A stretch of DNA of 64,000 nt. Origin: Mayamaea pseudoterrestris (lineage: Eukaryota). Position numbers and translations under genes: made by a program. The notes beneath the pieces are model-generated. The model saw nothing but the letters and a program-made list of their open reading frames with translations, searched no databases and had not been told where the DNA came from. The stretch's first letter is position 1. Each line of letters opens with the position of its first letter. The stretch spans positions 434,001-498,000 of the forward strand of contig BROI01000021.1 of NCBI GenBank assembly GCA_027923505.1, in the 5' to 3' direction. Below, piece after piece: positions 1 through 12,325 of this stretch.

Positions 1-868
1 AGAAGCAACCGTGCCGGCGACAATCACGTGGATTGTGTACTGAAAGACCTGCTGCCCAAAGAAGAATGCCACAAACAGTAGAAAAAGGTAGCCATAGTTT
101 GGGTCCGTACAAACATTGTTTGCATCGCAGGAGTAGGTCTTGTCAAAGACGCCTGCATAAGGGGAAACGAAGGCGTTCACCGTGAGTTCGCCCAGACGCG
201 CACATTCGACACTTGCAATTCAACGTACCAACAAACGCGATACTCCAGCACATGCTGTAGGCTCCTGCGATGGCGGTGATAAGGTAGGCGTAGATTGCCA
301 CTCCCATGTTGGCCTTGACTGCCGTAATGGCCGTCACCATGTTGATCGCGGCAAAGGGGATCCGCTGCCACACGGCGTATGCGTAGCAGCAACTAATGAG
401 AAAGAATACCACTCCAATCACACCAACGCCGATAGAGCCGGACAAGAAAGCCAACACAGCCCATACACCCGCCATGACGACGGAGAATATGAGGGAAACC
501 TTGATGAGGGTCGCAGGACAACACATCATGACGGCCAAGCCTCCACCCGCACCTATAAAAGAAATGAACACAATCACCACCACGGCCCAGACATAATTCT
601 TGTAAATGACTCCGCTATCCGACTGCGATGTAACAAGAGCTTCTCCTCCGTAAATAGCTGCTACTGCGACAATGGCAGCAATGCAAATGTAAAATAGCAA
701 GGCAAAGATTGGATCCTTGCAGCCACTGACGCGTTTGCTTTCGGGCGTTTCACTGCTCATGGCATGGTGGTGGTTGTCGTTGTTGCCGCTGGTTGCGTAG
801 GGATTCGATTGATTGTTGCTGGGATATTGCTGGACTGCCGTTCCTTGAACAACAATGGGAGTCGACAT
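1..868 (-). CDS. Choline transporter-like (SLC44/CTL/Pns1 family) membrane protein, truncated by the window edge; intron 153-228
   Basis: Multiple TM helices and motifs 'CKDPIFALLF' and 'WQRIPFAAINMVTAITAV'. After the GT..AG intron the frame continues 'VFDKTYSCDANNVCTDPNYGYLFLLFVAFFFGQQVFQYTIHVIVAGTVAS'. Confidence 0.85.
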
Positions 869-1320
869 GACGGAAATACGGAAAATAGAGACTACTGCAA
901 AAGCAAAAGAGAGAGAACGGTCCGTTGAGTCTTTGGGGCGAAATCCATCGGCGGCGACAGTAAGTTGATGAGCAAATGAACCGACCTCTCTACGGTAGTA
1001 TTGAGAAATGAGACTTCTTTACTTGTGCAACTTTTTACTGTTCGATTGTAACCACTACTACCCTTTGGAATTGCGACGACGACGGTGTTTGCATGGTTCC
1101 AGCTGCGACGAGGCAAGATTCGTTCATTTCCGAATCGTTGTCGCAGAGTGACTGCCACGTGGTGTTGTGAATACTCTCCGCAACGGGTATCTTATGACCT
1201 GTACGACATGCGCGTTGTCGTCGAGCTTCCACCATGGGACCTCTGTTTCGGAAGCCCAAGATGATGAAGCAGATGTGATAGTCGGCACACAGAGGCTATA
1301 ATATACTGAACCACGTTATC

Positions 1321-4300
1321 ATGTTCTCCAGTCCAGTTGCATCAAAACAACGTCATGAGACAAATATTTGGGTGCGACTTGATTTCATTGAATCTCTTTT
1401 GGCCAACAATGGAAACTTACCAAAAGGTTGGCGGCCACGCAAACGAGTAAGAACTTTAAATCCACACGAGGATGGCTGGGCCTGGTGTCGAGCACATGTC
1501 AACTCGGCGAGGTCAGCGACAGCATCATCAAGTCATGCTAACCATTCACAAAATGGTGGTGTGGTGTCTCCCTTTAATGTCAAGCTCCGACAGGTTTCGA
1601 CTCCTGCAAAGCAGCAACTGCAGCAGCAATCCGCAATTACCAATCAAGACGTCAAGGTGGAAATGACAATCACTGTGGACGACATGGAGCATGCACCCGA
1701 ATCAATGCAGAATGTCACAGTCAGCTTCACCTATGACTCCACTCTAGCGCCAAATGTTTGCACTGCCAATGTCTGGTGGCTGCATGAGCCGTACCTTCCG
1801 CCATCGGACTTGACGCAACTCGAGCAGCTACATGAACCTGCCGTTGTTTACTGCTTGAAGCGTCGCTACGAACAGGATCAGATTTACACCTATACTGGCA
1901 AAATTTTGTTGGCATTGAATCCGTTTCGTTCAGTCCAAGGTATCTATTCCGAGCAAACAATGCAAGTGTACTCGCAGTCCCATGGCTTGGCACTGGATGC
2001 ACCTTTGGAACGTCCGCCGCCTCATGTGTTTGCCATCGCGGATGATGCCTATCGCTCCATGATGGACTCTATGGCTGTGGGGACTGCGTCATCAACACGA
2101 GGTCATGCAATAGCCAAGAATCAAAGTATTTTAGTGTCGGGCGAATCCGGTGCCGGCAAAACGGTGACCACGAAGATTGTGCTCAACTACTTGGCGATGC
2201 TTTCAAAGCAAAAGTCGGATGCACTTTCGTCAACTCGTGATGCTTTGATTGAAGATGTCTCCATTGAGGCGCAAGTATTGCAAAGCAACCCCATTTTGGA
2301 GTCCTTCGGTAACGCTCGAACGATCCGCAATGATAATTCATCGCGGTTTGGCAAATACATTGACATTCAATTTAATCGGGCGGGGAAGCTGGTTTCAGCG
2401 TCGATTGAAACATACTTGCTCGAGAAGGTGCGGCTCATTTCGCAGGCGCCAGGAGAGCGCAATTTCCACATTTTTTACGAAATGCTGACTGGACTATCGC
2501 AGCAACAAAAGAGGGAGTTTGGTCTGACGAACACATCAGTGCGAGACTTCCGAATGCTGGCCGCATCGGGTACGTTTGATCGCCGGGATGGAGTAAATGA
2601 TAGAGAAACCTTTCGCGATCTTATTATGGCATTTGAAACTGTGGGATTTACCAAACTTGAGCAAGAAGATATTTTTGCTGTCGTGGCGGCCCTGATGCAT
2701 GCGTCCAACCTCACATTTCGTGAATGTGCAATGGATGCCTCCGAGTTGAACTTTTCGAATAAATCGGTCAAGGCTGCCGTTGCGCTTTTGGGTGTGAAAG
2801 CAGATAGTTTGAACGATGCGCTTTGTCGCTGCCGCATTGAAGCCCAGCATGAAGTTCTATACAAGAATCTAACGGTTTCTCAAGCGCACAAGGCCGTTGA
2901 AGCTTTTGTCAAAGTTACGTATGGTTCACTATTTGCCTTTATTGTCCGTCGGATCAATGGATCGATTGGTAACGCTGCAAGTGATGCGACTGCGTCAATT
3001 GGTGTCTTGGACATCTTCGGATTCGAATCGTTTGATGTCAACAGTTTCGAACAGCTGTGTATAAATTATTGCAACGAAGCCCTTCAACAACAATTTAACC
3101 GATTTGTGTTCAAGCTTGAACAAGAAGAGTATCGAAGGGAAGGCATCGACTGGTCAAACATAGCCTTTCCGGACAATCAAGACGTGTTAGATTTGATTGA
3201 AAAGAACCACTATGGTATTTTATCCATTCTGGATGAGCAGTGTCGTCTTGCGAGGTGTACAGACAGCACCTTTGCGCGCGCGGTGTATGACAAGTGCGCA
3301 AATCACCCGAGATTTGAAGCATCGACTTTGCAGCAAGGACGGTCGTCATTTTCCATTCACCACTATGCTGGATTGGTAGAATATGAAACGATGAGCTTTC
3401 TTGAAAAGAACAAGGACGAGCTTCCGAATGAGGCGATTGCGCTACTCAAGTCATCGGCGGACCCATTCATATCGCAGCTTGGAAAAGCGTTTAGCGAAGC
3501 TCAGCCTGTCAGCCCAAATAAAGCTCGAGCAAATGGTCATGGCAATCGTCCGCTGCATCGGACAGGTAGTTCAATCATCCGCGAAAGTGTTGGCAACCAG
3601 TTCAGCCAGCAGCTCAGGATATTACGCACACGAATTGAGTTGACCGACCCGCACTATATCCGATGTTTGAAGCCTAATGACGACTTAGTTCCGCACAACT
3701 TCAATGCGACAGTCATTGCTGATCAATTATGCTGCGCTGGTGTCCTTGAAGCCATTCGGGTTTCTCGGGTTGGGTTTCCTCACCGATACTTCCATGATCA
3801 TTTTGTTGAGCGATATGGAATAATTGCGCAGGCAGAACTTGCCGGATTAAAGTGTTCTCTTCATGGAAGCGATTTCTGTCAAGCGCTTGTCGATGCGCTT
3901 AGAACTCTGCTGGTGGACACGTTGGGAACGGATGACATTCATGGTGAAAAACCTAGCGGTTCAGCGCCTTCAGACTTTGTTTCGCTGGGTATACAAATGG
4001 GTCGTACAAAAGTATTTCTGCGACGTCGGGCGTTTGATGCATTGGAGCATTTACGATCGAAAAAATTCGACGACGCGGCGACACTGATACAAACAATGGC
4101 TCGAGGATATTTCGCCAGGATTTATTTCGACATTTGCATCATCGCAACCATTGTCATACAAACGGCATGGCGTCGCGCAAGCGCTCACCATCATGTTCAA
4201 AATATGAGAGCACTTCGGGCAGTTACAGTCTTGCAGTGCTCTTGGATGGTTTTTAAAGCACGGCGAGTTCTCTGGGCTTTGAGACGGGTCCAAATCGCTG

Positions 4301-6622
4301 ATATATCAGCGGTAAGAATACAATGTGCATGGAGGCGTTGTCAGGCAAAGGCGATTATTTGGCAGATACGAAAGCTTGTTTTGGGAGATGTTGCGGCGTC
4401 GACGATACAGTCTGCGTATAGGCGCTCGAGCGCGCGGTTAATACTACTTTCAGCCCGACTGATTGCTTGGTGGTGCCAGAGCGCATATCGAGGAGCAGTT
4501 GCTCGGCAATATTGCGCTTACGTTTTTCTAGACGCGAAGGCAGCAGTCATACAAGATGCTTGGCGCCGTCGTGCAGAACCACCACCATTCAAGCGCCTTC
4601 AACGAGCTGTTCGGGCCTTACAGTGCTTATATCGTGCTTACACTGCGAAGAAGGAACTTTGTCGACTAAGGCGCGAAGCAAAGGACATCTCGAAGGTTGT
4701 TGCCGAAAGAAATCGGTATCGTGACGAAATACATCAGCTGCGGCGAGAGTTAGACGAAGTCAGAAATTCTCCGCCGAAGCTCAAAGACAAGTCGGACGAA
4801 GTGAGATTGTTGCGACAGGAGGTGAAGCGTCTACAGGAAGAGCTCCAAAAGGCCCACTGTGGCTCAGATGCATCATTGAGAACTCTTAAGCGAACCGACG
4901 AACTCAGACATCTTATGGACGAGCTAAGCTACAGAGAGAACCACCTTATACTATTAAAAAAGGAAGTCGAAACCCTTCGATCTGTCGATGCCGACATGTC
5001 GTTTCAATCATTGGCGTCAGAGGCTTTTGGGGCAAATTACATTTTTGAAACTGCCTCTCCCAGAAGAAGACGACATCTAACAATTACAAGGTCGGATCTA
5101 TCAGAGACTAGCTTACTTGATGCTGAAACTAAGCTATCTCACGAGGAAAGAATCTATACAACTTACGGATATAGCGGATCTGGCTCCCCGATTGATGTAG
5201 ATTCCTGTCGCGAGCGGGATGAAGTTCATCAACTTCACGCTTCTATTCGACTTGGTGATCGATGCTTATTCGATAGCGTTCTTCGAAATACTTGTGAAGC
5301 ATGCCTTTTGATTAACCAAGGCGATCAGTATGGCCGCACGGCACTTCATCTTGCGTCCTTAGCATTACGAAGCGATATGCTCTTAGTACTGCTCTCTAAG
5401 GGCGCGGTTGTCAATGCCCAGGACGACGATGGCGAGACGCCGCTGCACCTGGCTGAAAATTTCAATATCACCGAGATGCTGTTAACTACTGGTCGTGCAA
5501 ATCCGAACATACCAAATGTTGATGGTATCTGTGCAATCCACCTTGCTGTTCAGCGAAGGGACATCAACTCACTCAGAATTCTCATCGAAAATGGAGCGAG
5601 CGTCAACAGCGCCGACAACATCCGCTGGTTCACCCCATTACATTTGGTAGCCCTTCCCGCAAGAAATAAATGGGACGAGAAACCAACCGACGATCTGCGG
5701 TTACGAATAACGCAACTATTATGCGGCGAACATGGACCAGACATTGCCGATTTGGATTTCCAGGACAGTGATGGCAATGCCCCCCTTCATTATGCTGTGC
5801 AACTCGAGAACCAGGAAGCGACCGGCTTGGTGCGTGCCTTTCTCGAGAAAGGAGCTAATGCAAATATCCGGAATGACAGAGAGCAGTCGCCACTGCATTT
5901 GCTGTGCCACAACGAAGGCCTTCGGTCTCTAAAAATCCATTTCCATGACACGTTGCGAACCTTAATGTACCATGGCGCTGATCCAAATATTCAATCCATG
6001 ACTGGTTGTACGCCACTTCACCTGACGCTGTATCACAAAGATATCGACAGCGCTGTCCAGTTGGTCAGTAGCGGAGCTGATATCAATATTGTCTGGAAGA
6101 AGGTGAGAATAATATGTTGGCAATGCGGCATGCGTCTAAAGCTTGCGAACGTTCCACTTATAATTGTTCTCTTTATTGACACTGAAGCCTAAGAAGTGGA
6201 CTTCGTTTTGGCACGACATGGGCGCAAACGAAGTTCTCTGCGTAGATATGGTCGTGAACGACCACGATCTGCACCGAATTTTTTCAGCGCTATGCAAACC
6301 TTCGCGATTAGCTCCGACTCGGGATTGGTGCATGCAGTGCAAGCGAGTACTTGGAACTCACACTCGCGCTATGCATTGTGGTCTGTGCGGTAGACTAGTT
6401 TGCAATGCGTGTACGAAAACTTGTTTACCCGTCGAATACTTTACTAAGGTTTTCGAAGTTACAGAGCCATCCTGGGTGTGTGTTATTTGTGAAAATGTTC
6501 TTGCCACCCGCAAAGAAGAACACAGTTTTGAAACCTTGCCTACACAAGCTACGTCTTCATACTCTGAGAGTCACTTGTCTTCGATGTATGGCGACGAAGG
6601 ATCGGAACGGTATGCATGTTAA
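1321..6622 (+). CDS. Myosin heavy chain: motor + IQ motifs + coiled coil + ankyrin repeats + C-terminal FYVE-type zinc finger; intron 6103-6187
   Basis: P-loop GESGAGKT, switch I NDNSSRFGK, switch II DIFGFE, repeated IQxxWR/YR motifs, ankyrin GxTPLHLA repeats. A phase-0 intron joins '...IVWKK' to 'PKKW...CMQC..HCGLCGRLVCNAC...VCVIC'. Confidence 0.93.
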
Positions 6623-6639
6623 TGTTAAGAAATAGGCTA

Positions 6640-8914
6640 TTAGATGCGCTTTCGTGCGCGAATGCGAGTGAATGTGTTTCTAGCATCATTAGCCAGCTTT
6701 CCAGCTTTCCGACACTCAGAAAGCGTTAGACGACGGCCATGGTGGCATAGCGCAGCAAGTGCTTGTCGCTGAGCCATGCCATCGACGAATCGCCGAAGTG
6801 GCGCGGTGGCCATTCTCCCTCCTCTGGTCACTTCTGCGCCAACCGTCATCGGGATAGGAGCATTGGACTGCCTCAACATATTGTATAATACGATTCCGTG
6901 AAGATCAAGCGCCGAATCAACTAAACGGTGACCTCTGGATCTCTGGAACGAACCAGTACAGGCTCCCACTTCATCCCAGGAGTCGTCCTTGTACTCCTGT
7001 TCACGAGCGACAAGCTTTGCTTCCCGTTTGCGAGCTACGTCACTGTGTTCAAGATGTCGCTCACTCCACATGGAGAGGTTGCGCTCAAGTACAAGCAGAA
7101 CAGAACGTAGATCACTTGACGGTAAAGACAACTCATCCATTATCGACGTTGCCTCGTCGAATGATTTTAGATTTGGGGTGCCCACAAGGGTGCGCTCCAG
7201 TCCAGCGTCAATTATTTTCCCGTTTCGTTCGTCAATGTAGACCCATAATGTGACACAACAGTGAAAATTACTCTCTGCGCTGAAAGAAAGGGCTCGAAGG
7301 ACTCGAGGCGGCATGAGATGCAAGGGCTGTGGGAGGTCATAGCGACTTAAAACACGGCTCGCTGCTGCATGCTTCAAGCAAGTCAGCGGTCCATTCTCCT
7401 CCGTGTGTTGACCGTATATTGACGACGTATCAATGACATGGACCAGCATCTCCCACTTTGATGCTTCAGGTATTACTCGCCGACATGTTGCTGCGCGTGG
7501 CCGTATTCCAATGGCATCGTCGCGAAATGCAGCTCGTTTCGCATCAATGCAGATTGTCGGGAACTGGGTCAAATCAGTGCGCCCTTCCTTCAAAGCTACG
7601 GCTTTAGTGTGATTCTTTTTCCATTGCACAAACCAAGAAGCAGCTTGTAACTAAATATATGGTACTGCTCAGGCTTGATAAAGCAACACGAGTGTTTGAA
7701 GAAACAACGAGAAACGTACTTACAACTTCTGTCGACCACGGTGCCAGCTTGGATAAGTCTTCGTTACCGGTCCATCTTCCGATGCGGACAAGAGCCTCCG
7801 ATGCTCCCTTTCGCGTGACTGGCAAACCCAGTGCCTTCAACGTATCCCGAACATCTACCTGCAATTCTTCTGTCGAAAAGGATTCTCCAAGAGCCAGACA
7901 CTCTAGCCGACGAATGATTCGTTCATCTGCCATAGTTGTGGTCGCCGCCTCGTTCATGTCTTGCGATCGCTCGGCAAACTGTCTCCCTTCCGAACTTGCT
8001 CTGACTGACTGATCGGTCACGAGCCATCCTCCGTTGATGACTGTCAGCGAGTAAACAACCTCGCCATTTGCGTCTGCTTTAACCACCATGCACGGGAAAC
8101 GTTTAAATCGGCCGCCATCAGCCGCGTCTTGCGATATCAAATATGAGGCAACGGCGCGTTCCAAATCAGATTGCTGTCGCGTCTGTGATGTTTTGTATAT
8201 CAACGACTGAACCGTGTCCGACGCGACAAGGCGCGACGAACCGACTCCAGCCTTAATGACTTGACGTAGAAGCAATTCCACCCGAGCTACAGCGTTTCCA
8301 TCGTGGGAAAAATGTTGCTGCGCAATGAGACTCACTTGCTTCTTATTGATTCCTTTTGACGACGATCGCGATGTTCCAACGCGAGTGCTGTAGAGTCGGT
8401 CAAAGGCTCGTTCAATTCGAGACGCACGAATCGTTCGCAGCTGCTGCTGAATCTTGTCGAGTGACAGCAAGTTTAGATCCGTAGTTCTATGTTCGTTCCA
8501 GATGGTGGTAATGTCGTTGAAACTGACGACTTTTCGGTCTTTCCCATCTTGTTCAGACATAAATCGAATGAGCACCTTGGGTTCTGCCGCATCGTCTTTT
8601 TCGTTCGCGATGAATTCTTCGAGCGACACCAAGTTCGATTCACCATTTTCGTAAAGTTCCGCAACCAAGGGAAGGTCATTCGATTGTAACGTCACAACCC
8701 TTCGATCGTAGCCGTATTTGCGAAGTAAATCAATAATCGTTGTTTGCTCTTGATGCAATCGATGATGAAATTCGTCACCTGCTGACGATGCAAATGCAAA
8801 CGTACGGATGAATCGCACTGGTAGCCTTTGATCAGAGTAAGTTGTAGTAAAGGAGCATGTAAATCGACAGTGGAAGAGAATGAAGCCATAGATGTAGGCA
8901 CTTTGACGCTTCAT
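6640..8914 (-). CDS. RNase II/R (RNB-domain) family protein, possibly plastid-targeted; intron 7651-7723
   Basis: Motifs 'ICIDAKRAAFRDDAIG', 'VHVID' and 'TAPLRRFVD...QRQ'. A GTAAGT..TAG intron joins two ORFs in frame. Hydrophobic N-terminus ends 'TCS-F'. Confidence 0.8.
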
Positions 8915-8974
8915 GGTGGACTTTTTGTAGTAGAACAATCGAGGGTCGAGGGACTGCCATGGCCCATTGATATC

Positions 8975-9107
8975 GTACCGGGACTCGGTTGTTGCTACTG
9001 TACGTCGTACCGGTTATTATAGGCATTCGTCGTACGAATACTCGTACTCCTATATACTTGTACGAAACACTACCTAGGAGACATGTACTGATGTACCGTA
9101 CTCGTAC
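8975..9107. promoter_or_regulatory. GTAC-dense low-complexity tract upstream of the RNB gene
   Basis: 10 GTAC tetramers in ~135 bp, including CTCGTA reiterations. Function unknown. Confidence 0.35.
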
Positions 9108-9471
9108 TCGTATTATATAATTGCATGAGTATCCCACTTCTTAATTGCTGTTGCTTCTGCACCAAGATACGAGGTGGAGGTGCGGCAGGTTTGTGTGCAA
9201 AAGGCAAGCTGATATATCTATCGCAACGCCGTCAATTAGATCATCTGCGCTGATACCGCTTGCTGTCAGGCTAATGAAGAGTTGCTGAGACGATAATAGC
9301 CATTTGTACCTGACGAAGAGTGCTACGAAACATTTGCGATAGCAGGCCGCGTGTGAGCAGCGGCGGATGTTTTCTGCGTCACCACTGCGTGCATGCTATG
9401 ACATGCCTATATGGTTGCCAGGTGGTTGCAATGCTTAGCGATTTAATAATAGATAATAGTATGAAACCAGT

Positions 9472-9962
9472 TCACTCTCCATCTCTTGGTAATGCATGTT
9501 CGTTTGCTCTTGCCTTTTTGTCAACGTGGTGGTGGTGGTGGGTCGAGCTGTTGCCCTTTTGAATCTCGGTCGTCAAAAAGACATCATTTGTCTGCTTGGC
9601 TTGCTCAGCAAATGCAATCATCAAAGCCATGGGTCCTCCCTGATGTAGCGCTGGCAATTGTCCATGATCATGTGTGCCACTGTAGGAAAAGTCGCCGGCT
9701 AGAGGCTGTCGTACATTTTGTGAGAGTTTGTAATGTGAAAGATGCGCATATGACGCGCGATTTGCTCCTCGCGCGAGCAATCACAACACATCGAATACAT
9801 GCGCGCGCATGAGTATCGTACCTGGGTTGGGTTTTGCCCCTCTGGTATGCCCATGCGAGCAGGCTGAACGTTGGATTCGTCCCAGGCGAACGCTTCAGCT
9901 TCTGGTCTACCTGCGAGACTATAAAGGACGGAGACGGATACTTGATGCGAAGATGAACTCAT
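9472..9962 (-). CDS. Small 124-aa two-exon protein, candidate KEOPS subunit Gon7-like; intron 9706-9821
   Basis: Exon 1 (9962-9822, 47 codons) ends CAG|GTACGA. The intron has a CTCAC branch-like site and ends GACAG. Exon 2 is in frame with ORF 9472..9780. Confidence 0.65.
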
Positions 9963-10157
9963 AAACGACGCTTGTTGACGTAATTATTAGCAGTAAAGTG
10001 ATGGTTGATGGTTGGGAGCGACGACAAAATTGATCGTTCTTTCTCGACAAGATTCCCAAAACGTGATTGTGTCGTTCCGGTTTTGACTCAAGGTTACGCG
10101 CCCGAAGTTCAACTCCAATGAACCTGCCTCCAACGACGCAAGTATCCCAGACCGGCC

Positions 10158-12017
10158 ATGGTGACTACATTGTTCGAGCTTAGCAGTTCCAATAACATTG
10201 ATTCAAACAGCGCGGCAACGCCTGCAACAAGCCGGATAAGCAACACTTCGAGCAGCTCATGTAAAGTGAAAGTGAAAGCGAAAGCGAAAGCGAAGCAAAC
10301 AATGTCAGTCCAGATAAAGAATGAGGATCACCAGCAGCTCCTTGACCAAATGCTGCAAGAAGCGGAAGTCTTGGCAACTCAGATGCGATCGACCAGCTCA
10401 AAAACCAGCTCCTCCATTGCTGGATCGGATCCTGTGGAAGATTCTTCCACAGCTCTCATGTCTCGGCATAGCACCAACGTTGAGAATGACACTATTCCAG
10501 TCTCACCTCAACCGAGTCGGTCCAGTTTCATGCTCCCTGATGACGTCTGTTCAACGCCATCACGGTCGCATCAGGACGAGGTGGATGCGGCAATCCATTC
10601 TTCGAAACTCATGAAGAATGCGTTGCTCGCGTTAAATCACAGTCAACAAGATCTGATCGACGGTGAGGACGTAGCGTCGTTTCTGACATCCAATGATGCC
10701 GGCTTTATTAAAAGCAGTGCAGCATCGCTGCCATTGCCGCCATCATCACCTTATTCGAACCATGACAGTGTTATTTGGGACAAGGCAGAGTTTGCGCAGG
10801 AGGGTGACGATGATTACGTTCCTCTTGTAGATTATAGTGGAGGTGCACACGCAGCCACGAATGGAGCCAATGGCCAGGCAAACGACAGCAGAGCCTTGGG
10901 GTCGTCGAACCATAACAAGTCAATTACTGCGACTGTAATAAAACAACAAGCAGCTCCAAAAGGCGTCACGTCCCCATCAGCACTGCCTCCTCAACCAATA
11001 ACAACAAGCTATATGGAGCCAAGCAGCGGTATTACCTGGCACAAGATTGACTCTCCCACGCGTGACGACGAAGATTTTGTTCCACTTGCAGACTATTCGA
11101 GCCACAAACCGCCAGCATTGTCTCATACTAGCTCACTAGATGATAGCGATGCTCATTTCTCTCCATTGACACGGCAGGAAATGTATCGACGGAAGACAGC
11201 CTTGGCGAGGAAGAAACGCAACAAATGGCTCATTAGAATTTTGTTTGTATTGCTGGGTTTCGTCACAATCTGCTTCATTCTAGGTGTCCTGGCAGGCGAA
11301 CACGCGTCAATGAGCGGCGAGACGATTACAGCTACGGAGGCGAAGCAAAATCAGAAACTGCCGGAGCAACAGCAAGCATCCTCGCAAAAGGAACATGAGA
11401 AACCAGGACGAAACGTTCAGCGGAACGAAGGGAAAGAATCTTGTTCTACTAAAACTTTGCAAGTCCAAAATGCTGCAAAAGAACCGAGAGACAAGCTGGT
11501 AGTGGCGACGCCGGGACTAGATCAGGCGTCAGCCGATGCCGATCCGAATGGCACCCGTGCTACCGGCAGCGAACTATATGAGGCAGTTCCGGTTGATGAA
11601 GGATTTAGAAGCGACGAATCAGAAAAGGCTTCAAAAGAGAAGCACAAGTCTTCGCACAGTGAACTGACGCTAGCTTCAAAGGTGCTCACCAGTGAATCAA
11701 AACCAGACGCACAGAAAAATGCTCCTCAAGCACTATGTGAGTTTCCCGTCACTGAAATGGACGAGCCAGCAATTGATATGGCAAGTAACAATGCCATGGG
11801 CAGACCGTGCAACACCCACTCCACGCCCAGTAAAGTAGTAACAAAAGAGCAATTTGACGATGTTAAGGATATTACTGCCGGACATGCCAGAGGCGCTTGT
11901 CAGATGGCGTATGCGCATTGGCTGCTACCGGCCTGTTGGCAGTCTAATCATATGGATGACGTGCACATCACCAAAGAGGACATGGTTTTTGCATTAGTGC
12001 AATCCATGATGCAGTAG
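10158..12017 (+). CDS. Hypothetical single-pass membrane protein with a duplicated acidic motif
   Basis: 619-aa ORF with a basic cluster then TM 'WLIRILFVLLGFVTICFILGVLA'. The true start may be the downstream Met after a hexamer microsatellite. Confidence 0.75.
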   Translation: MVTTLFELSSSNNIDSNSAATPATSRISNTSSSSCKVKVKAKAKAKQTMSVQIKNEDHQQLLDQMLQEAEVLATQMRSTSSKTSSSIAGSDPVEDSSTALMSRHSTNVENDTIPVSPQPSRSSFMLPDDVCSTPSRSHQDEVDAAIHSSKLMKNALLALNHSQQDLIDGEDVASFLTSNDAGFIKSSAASLPLPPSSPYSNHDSVIWDKAEFAQEGDDDYVPLVDYSGGAHAATNGANGQANDSRALGSSNHNKSITATVIKQQAAPKGVTSPSALPPQPITTSYMEPSSGITWHKIDSPTRDDEDFVPLADYSSHKPPALSHTSSLDDSDAHFSPLTRQEMYRRKTALARKKRNKWLIRILFVLLGFVTICFILGVLAGEHASMSGETITATEAKQNQKLPEQQQASSQKEHEKPGRNVQRNEGKESCSTKTLQVQNAAKEPRDKLVVATPGLDQASADADPNGTRATGSELYEAVPVDEGFRSDESEKASKEKHKSSHSELTLASKVLTSESKPDAQKNAPQALCEFPVTEMDEPAIDMASNNAMGRPCNTHSTPSKVVTKEQFDDVKDITAGHARGACQMAYAHWLLPACWQSNHMDDVHITKEDMVFALVQSMMQ

Positions 12018-12325
12018 CAGCATACCAGTAGTGGCTATGATGAGATGGAATGCCTGGCTAATGCCTCATAGAGACATACTGATGCTGATCTGCTCTTTTT
12101 ATACTGTACAGCCTTACTGCCTATTAGTAGCATCTGAATAGGTATCAGCAGCGATATCACTCTCTACACTACAGCAGTCCCGAGCAAGGGGCTGGGCAAG
12201 TGCTACAGACCTTTCAATAAGGGAAATGCTCAACACTAAGCGTTTAAAGATAGCACTGCATGCACTTCAGCTTCACCGTACTAAATTTTGTTCAGCTGTC
12301 ACCTGCTTCACTTATTTTTTCCACC

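Noticed and set aside
10261..10297. (GTGAAA/GCGAAA)n tract encoding KVKVKAKAKAK
   Set aside because: A simple microsatellite, possibly in the 5' UTR.
12018..12086. Hairpin with ATGA...AA...GA as a SECIS element, or a C/D snoRNA
   Set aside because: Helix II is too short and misaligned, the upstream gene has no in-frame TGA, and the C-D distance is too short.
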